Positions 10,695 to 21,756 of a DNA stretch of 40,933 nucleotides are shown one piece after another. Location: positions 21,507,566 to 21,548,498 of the forward strand of contig NC_068989.1 of assembly GCF_001194135.2 (NCBI RefSeq). Reading direction: 5' to 3'. The notes below the pieces were generated by a model. It searched no databases, was not told the origin of the DNA, and saw nothing but the letters and a program-made list of their open reading frames with translations. Position numbers and translations under genes: made by a program. Numbering within the stretch: position 1 is the first letter of the stretch; every line of letters starts with the position of its first letter. The stretch comes from Octopus bimaculoides. Lineage: Eukaryota.

Positions 10695-12629
10695 GCCAGG
10701 GGTTAGCGAAGGAAATGACAAGGTGCTGATCTAAGGTTCAAGGGGAGAGAAGGTAAGAATATGTTGATATGTTGCGATATGTTTCAATGAAACAGACAGC
10801 ACTTTCAACTAAAGGCGACCGACAACAGTTCAGTTAGTTCAGTTTCAACGATATTTCTTCAAAAGAAAAAAATGAAGAAATGTTTTGCGAAAAAAAAAAA
10901 ATAGAAACAACAAGCATTAAAATCGGTTTTGGCAAATCCGTTTCGGTTTTACTGATCATAATATAAAACCGGTTTTAACCGGTTTTATAAAACCGGTTTC
11001 GAGCCCTAGTCAGGACCTATACATACTGTGATGTTTCCTCCCATCTTTTAGGTTGCCGTCCTGTTTCTCTTTCCATTAGTCAGCCTTCCAAACTGGTGTT
11101 AACAACTAGAGCTCCAGTATGCTTTCTAACTACTGCTAGACTTTAAAAAGAAACATATGTGAGGTAAAGTACAATGGAAAATTAAATCAAGCTCTTTTTT
11201 AGACGACATGTATGATAGCTATATAGGTCTTTAAAATGAAGCTTCATGCCACACAAATACCTTATTTGATATAGGTATGTTGAAAATTAATATGGATTTA
11301 TTCAGGGGATTGGAAAAAGTTTTTGCTCCAACATATTCCCGAAAAGTTTTTGAACTATCAATTGAAAGTCACTAATCAAGCAATATAAATAAGACCATAT
11401 AAGTAAAGTGTCTCCACTATTAATAAGGCACATCGATCACAGAGAAAATATTCAAAATCAACCCTTGAGTCATAAAAAGAGAAATCTCTCAAGGAGACTC
11501 GAAATCTCTCAAGGAGACTCATAATCTCTCACTAATTTTTTTCCAAACGCTTACTCCATTTACAATTTATATAATTAGAGTGTTTTAATGTTATGTATAA
11601 ACTGTAAACCTTCTCTTCTATACGGTTGATTTGTAAATATTTGCAAGCGATAATATCCAGAGGTAAAAAATCTACTAACAAGTTTTCGCAAATTCTGCCA
11701 AAGCATAAACTTGAGTCTAAGGTAAGGCAAATGTGAAAACGCTGCTATAAGATGACACAAAATAAGTAAAACTGAAAATATACAATAAGATACAAATATC
11801 AAAACTAGAGATTTAGACTAAACCCATCTCTACAAATGCTTAAGAGTAGATGAGACTGATAAAATATAATGCTCAGAAATTAAGAGAAATAGGAAAGATT
11901 ATTAGAGAAGTATTATTAAAAAATAAATTGCAGGTTAAAAGTAAGCTCGTGTATATAAATCTTCCGAGTATAAACTACAGCTTCAGAAAAATAAACTGGA
12001 AGCAAATATTAAAATTAATATGCAGAAACTACATTTTATTTTCCGGGCTGAGATTCGAAACCGAATCTAAGGATTCTCGCTCGCCTGATTCACGGTTAGG
12101 CTGACTTGGCGAAAAAAAATTTCTTTATCGTGTCTGAAAGTGATGGATGAGTTTCCACTCGAACTCCAACCTGGGCAGTCACGGAAAGTTCAGATGGACA
12201 ACAAGTGACCTAAATAAGTACAAACTGCTCTTATGGCATATCTATCCTTCTAGCTAGGATAGCCATTATAATTACGGTTGCTTTAGACATATGCCAATTA
12301 GCAACATAGCAGTGACCGCTGACACAAGACAGTAGCAGTTGCAGACCACGAACAGACGAAATAGAAAAACAACACAACACGACCAAATGACAAATGCACA
12401 CACAGACACAAAATATACCTTGTACTATCTCGTCACATCAACATTCTCTTTCCTCCATTTTTACTTTGCCAACTCGAAGTAGTTGGTAACTTTAAGTAGC
12501 GGCAGATTTGGTCATATTTCAAATCAAGCTCTCTGTATCTAACACGTAAATGCAACTGTTAATCAAATAAATTATGAAAACTGCATTTCTATTCTTTTTC
12601 ATTTGTTTTCCTTTGGTGTCGGACCAATA

Positions 12630-13000
12630 CGCCTACCATCATCCTGCTACACGCGCCAACTTACACTGAACCATCAACAGCATCACATTTCGCTATCCGA
12701 ACTGGAAAATTGCTGCGATTAATCGCCATGTCTCTACCAGAATACAACCCAGCGGCGAATTCAATCTCGGTTGACATGGTATTCCAGGCAGCGATCCCTT
12801 CTACCAATCCTTTCCTTTCGTCGCCCAGCACTTCGGAAATTGCGGACTTGCGTTCATTGGTGGCGCAACGGGCATCACAAATACAAGCCCTGACCGAGCG
12901 GATACAAGCCCTAACCTTTGGTCTCCCCCATCGAAGTAGCAGCCGTGGTCAATATCCTGCAAGTCTCTACAGAAAGGAAACAAGCTGGAGTTAAGGTCAA
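12630..13000 (+). mobile_element. Probable Ty3/gypsy gag fragment
   Basis: LP...ISLSELE.. followed by SEIADLRSLVAQRASQIQALTERI..HRSSSR, resembling the C-terminal part of gypsy gag. No pol nearby. Confidence 0.4.
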
Positions 13001-13379
13001 TAACGCCTCTAAAGTTCTTGGCTTAATGCAGAAACAGGGGGCTGATTATAGTCGCTTAATACGCACAAATAACTACATCACTGAAAATCATGAAATAACT
13101 CATCCTCCCACCCAGATGATATCGACAGAATACTCCTACTCCATGCACAAATGTTTGGTTTTGTTACAAATAAAAAGCTACAGCAAAATAACAATAGTTG
13201 AACTAGAAAATACTTAGAAGCGAAAGAGAATTGATGGGTTTACTAAGGAAAGATGAAAGCATACAGTCTTTGATTTTTTGTTTCTTTAAATATAAGCAAT
13301 TGATAAAATACAAAATGAAGACTAACTATACAGAAGTTCAAGATTTAGATTAAAATATAACAGCAACAGCTAATAAAGT

Positions 13380-13600
13380 TTTAAGACTTGACATAGAGGA
13401 GAAATAAACCAGAAAAAGTTAACAATGGCTTGAAATTACTGGGCTAAACAAGCAGAAACAAGAAGTTTGTGTTTAGCTGCTCAACAGCAATGCCAAACTA
13501 CAGTGGAATAAGATGCTAACTTTAAGTACAGACTATGCAATCGATAAAAAGATAATTGACCTCATCAGCTTTGACTACTCAGCCGTTGTACAGATACAGT
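13380..13600 (+). mobile_element. Short degraded R4/Dong-like fragment
   Basis: AETRSLCLAAQQQ...KYRLCNR resembles the LKxETE...AAQDQ...CRLC region. Confidence 0.45.
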
Positions 13601-14800
13601 CGAGTCGATGTGTTTGTCCCAGGTTATATTGCTAGGTCGTTGTCATGATCCTACTTGATATATGTTTGTAACGCTTTTTGTCCGTTTTCACAAAGATACT
13701 GCAAAGGTGGTGACAAGCCAAGATTCAATGTTAGAGCCAATATCTCTGGTTGTGATCATTATATTTTGTTTCCTATGTATTGCATCACGACCCAACAGGT
13801 AGGCCTATAGCACACGGCCTGTACTTGCTTCTTCGCCTCATCTTAATTTTAAACATAGGCGCATTCTAACAAATGTCTGTTTCAGTCAAGAGATTAAACA
13901 TCTTTCCATACATCGGCTACAACTATCTCTCGGTTTATTTTCGAGAATATATGGAAATTCCCTCCCGCGAATTCAAAAGTAGATATGTCACCTCTCATGT
14001 CAGCCTTGCAAGCGAAAATTGAATAAGGTGCTATTTTTCTAACATATCACATCTGTTTCGTCCCTTTTTTTTTTATTGTCTACCCCATATCGAGGAGTTC
14101 TTTATGATCTTCGACTGTTACAAAAAAATTGTCGTTTTTGATATTGTTCATTCTACTAGTTTGTAAATGAAAATTATTGTTTCAACACTTATCTTTTGTT
14201 CATTATCGAACATCTACATGATCAGTCTATTTAGTTTTCACTTTTTGCTAAAAAAAATTAAATAACTGTTTTGCTGTTGGACAATAGCTACAGGGCCTGT
14301 TTGTTTTACCCTGACTGGGCTCCGTTACTTTGAGTAAGATACTGGCGATTGCTTGTTGATACTTAGATAATACAAGAGCAGTTGACAGGCATTGAGTAAA
14401 GGAGATAATTGACGGATAGCAAAGGTGGTAGAAAACAAAGAAGCTAAGAGACTGGCAACATAAGAGATTAGAAATATACAATAGAGGAGATAAGAGCAAA
14501 ACAACATCACAATTAATAACTGACAGCAATGTTGGGTGATATAAAAGGCAGAGAATACGATAAAAGAGAGACATAAGAATAAGTAATGAATAGTATATAC
14601 AAGTGATAGATTTACTGTACAAACTGAAAATTAATACGTTGTTTTGTTGTCGTGTAGAATGACAAGGTAACACCTTTTCGAGTAATAAATTGCCCTCAGA
14701 TAGTTTCCAATGCCGATAATGAACGAACATGTTTCAACTTATTGATGGAAAGCTTAAGATTAGGAATAGATCAGATCAACGGTAAAACAAAGATGTTTAC

Positions 14801-14972
14801 CTGTCTTACGAGTGCTGCACAGTCAAACGGATGTCTGGAGGTATCAGCATGTAGTACATTATTTCTGGCTCCTAGATACAGATTTTTGATGATTACGAAA
14901 TAAGTAAATATACAAAGAAATAACACGATGAAAATAAAACTGGTCCTCAGGGAGCAAGAGATTGTCTTTGAA
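14801..14972 (-). CDS. GCNT: Upstream GCNT exon encoding the type II membrane anchor and stem
   Basis: Acceptor ttttcttttttttctcAG and donor CAG|GTAAAC. Encodes SKTISCSLRTSFIFIVLFLCIFTYFVIIKNLYLGARNNVLHADTSRHPFDCAALVRQ, with a hydrophobic TM. The phase-0 join gives FDCAALVRQ|DEFALS, matching the GCNT stem motif (human GCNT1 INCTKVLQGDVNEI, from memory). Confidence 0.78.
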
Positions 14973-15229
14973 CTGAGAAAAAAAAGAAAAATATAAGGTG
15001 AAAATGCAATAAAAAGAAAAGATATTTGATTAGTTTTCAATCAACTTGGAAAATAAAACTAGACAGACATTTCATTCGTAGAAAAACTATATGTGATTAA
15101 CACTTGCTTTAATATTTATATTTACTTATTTAGGTAAATAAATAATTCAATGCGTCAAATATTTTTCCTATAATGAATTACATGTATATTGGGTTGACCT
15201 ACAGATACATGCATATTAAGTTGACCTAC

Positions 15230-15237
15230 ATGTCCAT
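15230..15237 (-). CDS. Candidate first coding micro-exon of GCNT (ATG GAC AT)
   Basis: ATGGACAT|GTAGGT gives the phase-2 donor needed by the 14972 acceptor (M-D-I-SKT...). TATAAAAG lies at 15275-15268 on the minus strand. Very short, so it could be chance. Confidence 0.3.
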
Positions 15238-15239
15238 TC

Positions 15240-15463
15240 GGGTTTAGTCGACACCAAACTTCAAGCACTTTTATAAGTAGCTAACATCAGGCTTGGTCTT
15301 GCACATGCGCACTTGTTAGATATTTCACTCTTCAACGTACTTCAAAACGAACTTTCGATAAGACAGGTTGTATTTTACGTGCTTGATATCTCTCCGAAAG
15401 TGGAGAACCATAGCGAACATTATCGAAACCTTATGCTTTTTTATTCTAAACAAAAGCAAGAAA
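15240..15463. promoter_or_regulatory. Possible bidirectional promoter
   Basis: Non-repetitive interval between two divergent ATG+donor candidates. Contains minus-strand TATAAAAG, an NRF1-like GCACATGCGCAC near 15301, and a YY1-like AAAATGGCG. Confidence 0.3.
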
Positions 15464-15479
15464 ATGGCGGAAACTTGCG
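15464..15479 (+). CDS. Candidate first coding exon of an unidentified divergent gene (MAETC...)
   Basis: AAAATGGCG start context followed by a phase-1 donor TGCG|GTAAGA. No securely identified downstream exon. Confidence 0.3.
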
Positions 15480-15648
15480 GTAAGACAGACGCTGTGTATG
15501 GACAGAATCCTGTTATGGGACGTGTGTACCACTTTTCAACACTAAATTAATGTATTTATGTTTGCATTCGAAGGCTGTTTGCACTGATCGCAAGCCTCTG
15601 CCTCTATCTCTTCTTAGGTATGTCAGATGAATAGTATTTTAGAGTGTG

Positions 15649-16081
15649 GGCGCAGGAGTGGCTGTGTGGTAAGTATCTTGCTTAGGAACCACATGGTTCT
15701 GGGTTCAGTCCCACTGCGTGGCACCTTGGGCAAGTGTCTCCTACTATAGCCTCGGGCCGACCAAAGCCTTGTGAGTGGATTTGGTAGACGGAAACTGAAA
15801 GAAGCCCGTCGTATATATGTATATGTATATATATATATATGCACGTGTTTGCATGTCTGTGTTTGCCCCACCACCACCACCACACACACACACACATCGC
15901 TTGACAACTGATGCTGGTGTGTTTACGTCCCCGTAACTTAGCGGTTCGGCAAAAAGAAACCGATAGAATAAGTAATAGGCTTACAAAGAATAAGTACTAG
16001 GCTTACAAAGAATAATTTGCTCGACTAAAGGCAGTGCTCCAGCATGGCCGCAGTCAAATGACTGAAACAAGTAAAAGAGTA
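15649..16081 (+). mobile_element. SINE family A, full length (tRNA head, CORE-like GCACCTTGGGCAAGTG, central microsatellite)
   Basis: A/B-box-like head TGGCTGTGTGG / GGGTTCAGTCCC. Copies at 2351, 22754 and 32565. The tail unit GAATAAGTA..AGGCTTACAAA is duplicated. Possibly one of the described octopus tRNA-derived SINEs (inference). Confidence 0.9.
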
Positions 16082-16299
16082 TGCTCGATGAAAATATATA
16101 ACTACGGTAAATATGTGCGTGAGTGTGTCTCTGTGTGTGGTGGGGGTGTACAGAAATCAAGTACTCACCTTAATCGTGGCGAATATGCAAAGCATTTCAT
16201 GATGAAAATACCTTATGCGATTTTTACCTGCGAGTAGAGAAGACTTGAATTATTAATTTATAAAAGTGAAAAAAACTTAGGCAGATAATTTTGATTTAC

Positions 16300-16720
16300 G
16301 AAAACCAAATTGGCATTTCAAAATTTCAATTTAACCCCAACTTCACCCAATTTCTTCATGTTTCTTCTATGCCTCCTCTCTGTGCCATTTCTACTGTACT
16401 GTATGACTTCTGCTACTTGCAGCTAGTTGAGCTCACCTTACTTCCTCTCAAACATTCCCATCCCACTTGCCTCTTCTCTTCTCAGCATCCCTCTTATGTC
16501 CGCCACCACCTACAAGGTCTCATATTTATCACTATGCTCAGTCCTTCCTCTCAGGAAATCCTTCCCTGCTCATGTCTTTCCCACAGATGTTGGTTTACAA
16601 AGGTTCACAAGGAACATCAATGGCTTTTATCATCAACCTCACTCATCTAGTTGGTCCGTGAAGGGCATGGGCACTGTCATTTCTTTCAGACCCAATATGG
16701 ATAAATAATAAAACAAAACA
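16300..16720 (-). mobile_element. Probable degraded RTE LINE 3' coding remnant
   Basis: Weak similarity to the RTE post-RT region. Same strand as, and downstream of, the 17370-18420 fragment. Confidence 0.3.
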
Positions 16721-17369
16721 AAAAAATCAAACCAAAACTAAGCTAAAAGACGCTTGCTCAAGTTGTGGTGGAGTTGGATTGAACTCAACACTAACATGTC
16801 AGGATTATGAAGTGAACTTGTTAACCACGTGGTTATGTGCCCCTCCCCCACGCCTGAGATGTAGAAGTAAAACTGTACTTGTAGTGGGCAGATAATGTAA
16901 TTGGTAGGTTTGGGTCCAGCTGAGGTAAAAATAATAAACTGTATGGAACTGAAGCTGGCAGAATGAATCAGAAGAGTTATTTCCTAAATGATACGGAAGG
17001 AAAAAAGGGCACAGAAGTGAGGGGTGGGATGCGAAAAACAGAAATTTTGAGGAAATTTTCCATTGTATGAAACAAAAAAAGATTAGAAACAACGTGAAGG
17101 AAACCTGCCCACCTCAATTTTCCTTTTCCGTGAGGTATGGAACTTTGAAGGACTGTTGTTTCAAAAATTCTGCCCAGAATGGCTGGAGTGCCAGACTAAA
17201 TGCTTTGTTCTATTTAGTTATGTTTCTCTGCATTCTGAGTTCAAATCCCATGTAAGTCAGTTTTACCTTTAATCCAACAGGTATCAATAAAATAAATCAC
17301 ACAAGAATAACTTGCCAATAACAAACACATTTCTCCATTCTTTTTGATTATCTTTATTTTTCTATTGGA

Positions 17370-18420
17370 AAATGGAATTATCACATACACTCCTCTTCCT
17401 TTTGTTTTTGTACAAGTGCATTATAGATGCATCTTTGAACTACTGGAGAACAGATCCAATTTCCCAGATAAGACAGATTAATTTGCACAACTTACTTACA
17501 AGACGTCTGCTACCATGCTTGTACACCTTTATGGGAATATCGTGTTGTTTAAGAGCTTTACCACTGGAAAGTTTTTTGATAGCAGTACTTATCTCTTCCA
17601 AGGAAGTATGCTCTATTAGTTCTTTAATTATAGATTACTGGGGATTTTGTTGATTACATCAGCAGTGGATTCTTGATTTGATACAGATTGAAAATGTTCA
17701 GCCCATCTTTTCAGAATTTCATCTTTTCTACTTAAGAGTTTTGTTTCATCTTTTTTTCGGTCAAACACATTTTTCAGAATGTTATACAGTTTTCTCAAGT
17801 TGTGAGAATTAGCAGCCTGTTACAATTCTTGGACTTTTTTTGTTCACCAAACTTTTCATCTTATGCAGTTTTCTGCATAGTTTTTCTAGAGGAGATGTAC
17901 TGGAATCTATATGTTGGCGAGTTTTTGTCTGAGATCCATGTCTTGTGTCTCTTGTGCAAAGTTTCTAGGAGAGGTTTAATTTGAGAATCGTTCTTGTTGG
18001 TGTTTGTGTTTCACAAATCTTAGAACTACTTCGGCAGGTGTTTTGATGTTGTCACGAATATTGTGTCACAACAATTCAGGCATTTCTCTAATTCTGGAAG
18101 CTTTGAATTTAAATGGATTTCAAACTTTTTTGTCGTTTCTGGATTTTTTAAAGAAGCAACGTTTGTTCTCGGATGTAAACTGGATTTCTGTAGCTTCTTT
18201 GCATACGATTTTACAAATACCTTGCTGTGAACAATTCTGTGATCCAAGTAACACTTGGGAATTTTGTGAGTTCTGGTTAATCTGAAATCACTGCAATCCT
18301 TGTTCTTAGTTATAACATAGTCCAGCATGTGCCAGTGACCAGATGAAGAATGCTTCCAGGTGCTTTTGTATTTGGTGTAGTTCCAGTCCATCTAGAGGTT
18401 ATGTACCTGTAGAAGAGGTC
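17370..18420 (-). mobile_element. RTE-clade LINE fragment (end of APE endonuclease to start of RT)
   Basis: KSTWKHSSSGHWHMLDYVIT..LTR..CYLDHRIVHSK; DEILKRWAEHFQ; FKDASIMHLYKNK. Confidence 0.8.
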
Positions 18421-19410
18421 TTACTGACCACCAGAAGCCGAATGCCACTCAAAAAGATTGTTGGTCGGTACCAGTTTCTCAACTGAGAGGAAGATGGTTT
18501 TATGCCTGATGATGGGAGGTTAAAGTATAGTAGAAGTATGGTCATGGGTGTTCTGCTATAGAGTAGATACATAGCTGCCCTATATTATATAAGGATGGGT
18601 AAGAGTAGCTGGAAGGAAGATGGGGTTGTGGTTGATGATAAATATCAGTATGGAGGGAGAGCTATACTGCAAATTTCATGCTGTTAAGGCAACTTCCTAT
18701 TGTCTACTATGATATTACATTTTTAATGGAAGTCATACACTAATAATTATGACATTATAGTGATGCTTCTTTACTTTCCGAGTCTCGAAAAACGGACAGT
18801 GCCTTTGGCTTTTGCAATCCCTCTTAAATCAGTGATCTTAAATGCACTGTAAGATTTCATGGCAGTACATACACAATTCAGCCAGAGATGCATATAAAAA
18901 AATAACCAGGCTGGTGTAGCACATACAAAAGCTGAGATACATTGAAAAATACACGCGGAGATTAAATCAATTTTAGTGCAGGATATGAAACCTTGAAATG
19001 CAGTGTAAGATTTCATTGCAATACATACACAGTTCAAGCAGAGGTTTTTTTATAAAACAATTACCACGCAAGTGTAACACATACAAATTAACGCAGGCAA
19101 GTATACAAAAGATGGTAAAAATAAATCACGAAATTAACGTAGACAAGTATAGAAAATAAAATAGAACAGAATCGTGAAAATAATCACAGGTAGTAAGTAA
19201 AAATATCCAAAAACACAGCAGCCAAGTTAAAGAGCCATCCGAATAAACCACGGGTGGTTGGAAAATGCATTTAGTAGAGATGACCCGGAAGTTGTTGCTC
19301 TTCCGCAAACAGCAGTACATTTCTTGAGCTAAATACATGTCAATGATTGGTTAAAATTACCCACATACGACAACTTTAACACAAAATAACTTCTAAACAA
19401 CTAAAAAGCT

Positions 19411-20400
19411 CTTAAATCACACACAAAAAATGTTTTGTTCTTTTTCGGTTTTTTCCCAGTCGTATGAATTCTCGTGTATTGAATACAAATTCGCAAAAAT
19501 TTTCTGAAAATTCCAAAAAATAAAATATGAGGGGTTATATGAGGTGCGTAGAGTAGAATTCCGCCTGGCTCTCTTTCTGATACATTTACACACAATGCAA
19601 TTAAAGAGAAGAAATAATTGAAATTAGTAATCACTTATTTCGCCCCAGTTTAGAAATCAGTTTTTGAAAATTGGAAATTATCAAATTGGATATTAATGTG
19701 AGTAAAAGATTGATGTGTAGTTCACTACTTACTTACTCTTTCGTAAAACAAGACCAGTTTTCAATGCCTCACTGAAATAATGAAGTTTACGAGTAGCAAT
19801 ATTTGTTTATTGGGGGGCTGCGCGCGCGCGCCTTTAATTCCAAGCGGTTAATTTAAGGTCATGCGTTGATAACAGGACTTTGTTAAGTTATGCGTTGATA
19901 ACAGGACTTTGTTAAGTTATGCGTTGATAAGAAGATCCTGAACAAGAAACAATAACTTCTTTGTATTAATCTTTTCATCCCTCTTTATATACATTCATAC
20001 TCTCTCTCTCTCTCTCTCTCACACATACACACACATACACAAACATACACAAATACACACACACGCACACATCCACAGATACATACATACATTCTAAAGC
20101 ATTTTGTCGTTTTCCTTTCCTCTGTCGTTGTCCCATAAACAGCTACAATTAATTCCCAAGGGAATTGCAGCCGCTTTTGGGACTGGGCAGCAAACCACTT
20201 TTCATCTGAATGAAGTTGCTTCGCTAATGTAGAGAAATCTATTGTTATTTATCGAAGAGAATCCATTACATTTCTTAAGATATGTTTGTATATTGAAAGA
20301 GAGCTTCTGCATGCAAGATTGCTATGAGGTGGTACCTCCTTCTATTGAGTGTCCCATACCCTTCAAAGCAGGGCCCCCGATATCGAAGGGACCCGAGGCA
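19411..20400 (+). repeat. Unclassified interspersed repeat, copy 1
   Basis: Collinear with 32999-34402, e.g. GTCGTATGA..ATACAAATTCGCAAAA.TTTTCTGAAAATTCC, CAATGCCTCACTGAAATAATGAAGTTTAC and CTGCATGCAAGATTGCT. Confidence 0.8.
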
Positions 20401-20485
20401 ACTGTTGTGACTTGACAGACAGTACAAACCCGCGGTACACTCAATATCTTCAATCGACAACATCACACTATTGGATATTGTGGGA

Positions 20486-20492
20486 CGTCTTC

Positions 20493-20530
<38 letters not shown>

Positions 20531-20541
20531 TAATAATAATA
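20486..20541. repeat. (AAT)n microsatellite
   Basis: Seen directly. Confidence 0.95.
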
Positions 20542-20548
20542 TCAAATG

Positions 20549-20800
20549 ACATGACTGTTGTGAGTAAAAAGGTTGAAAAAAAATCATCAAGTACTCCGAA
20601 CTGAAAGTGGAAGTGGCAAGATTGCATGGAATGCGAGAGGGCAATGTAAAAGTGATATAGGCAGTAATCAGAGCGTTGGGCTCAATCCCATTGAAACTTC
20701 AAGACTTCTTAAGGCAACTGGATATCCCATGCAAGAAAGATTGATGTCTTGCAAAAAGCAGCCTTACTGTAACCCATTTTTTATATCAAGACAAAACAAT
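20549..20800 (+). mobile_element. R4/Dong-like C-terminal REL endonuclease fragment
   Basis: KIIKYSELKVEVARL...VIRALGSIPLKLQDFLRQLDI...QKAALL. Starts right after an (AAT)n tract. Confidence 0.7.
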
Positions 20801-21330
20801 ATACATCATAGCACCTCCAATCAGTTAAGATAGGAATCCATGAGAACCACTGTCTGGTACTGCATCAGGGCAGTTATTATTATTAAACAACTCACCTGAT
20901 CTACCCCTTCCCGAGTCTGACCCAAAAACGGCCATAGAAGTAAACAAAGAGTGAAGGGGAATTCCCAAATGGAAAAAAATGCAAAAGGACACCATCCAAG
21001 CTCCTCCTCACAACAAACACACACGACCACCAACTGCATCACCCGCATTACCACCACCAATACCACTACCAGCACCACACAAAAACCACCATCGGAAACA
21101 ATAACCCCTAATGAAATACATACATGAAAATATCAACATAACACCAAAAGATGAACCCCGAATGAAATACATACATGAGCCCCTAATGAAACAATGAACC
21201 CCTAATGAAATACATACATGGAAATATCAACATCACTCCAAAAGATCTTCTGTGCACTCCACCTAACGCTCCCATCTCACGTACAAATACTTAGTGTATC
21301 TAAACATTTCGCCCGGTGCGCTAATGATTC

Positions 21331-21562
21331 TTATTTCTTTATTGCCCACAAAGGGCTAAACATAGAGGGGACAAACAAGGACAGACAAATGGATTAAGTC
21401 GAACACATCGACCCCAGTGCGTAACTGGTACTTAATTTATCGACCCCAAAAGAATGAAAGGCAAAGTGGACCTCGGTGGAATTTGAACTCAGAACGTAAC
21501 GGCAGACGAAATACCGCTAAACAGTTCGACCGGCGTGCTAACGATTCTGCCAGCTCGCCGCC
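21331..21562 (-). mobile_element. SINE family B (tRNA head plus Meta-domain-like core)
   Basis: Minus strand GGCGGCGAGCTGGCAGAATCG...GAGTTCAAATTCC..CTTTGCCTTTCAT.CTTT.GGGGTCGATAAATTAAGTACCAG. The Meta assignment is from memory. Confidence 0.85.
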
Positions 21563-21756
21563 TTAATAACAGTAATAAGTTTTCTCTCACCAATGTTAAA
21601 AGCTTGGTAACACTCTTCCTCTCTATCTTCCTTCACAAGTATAACAAGATGCATTAAAATGTTCTAACGTCCTCTTGAACGTTATATGCACAGATATATT
21701 TTAATTATTTTTCTCTTATTTATCAACGTTAGAATCATAGATACATTTTTATTTTA

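Larger units (their letters stand above)
8541..11008 (-). mobile_element. hAT DNA transposon, both ends intact
   Basis: TIR TAGGGCTC...GAGCCCTA, perfect 8-bp TSD GTCAGGAC (8533-8540 and 11009-11016), subterminal AAACCG(G) arrays at both ends, transposase inside. Confidence 0.95.

Noticed and set aside
9455-10729. Long ORFs spanning N gaps (also 29313-30258, 32494-32978, 38178-38500, 39022-40251)
   Set aside because: Their length comes from X residues; they are artefacts of gaps.
15920-16020. Spaced GAATAAG repeats as a CRISPR-like array
   Set aside because: Part of the SINE A tail in a eukaryotic genome; no unique spacers and no cas genes.
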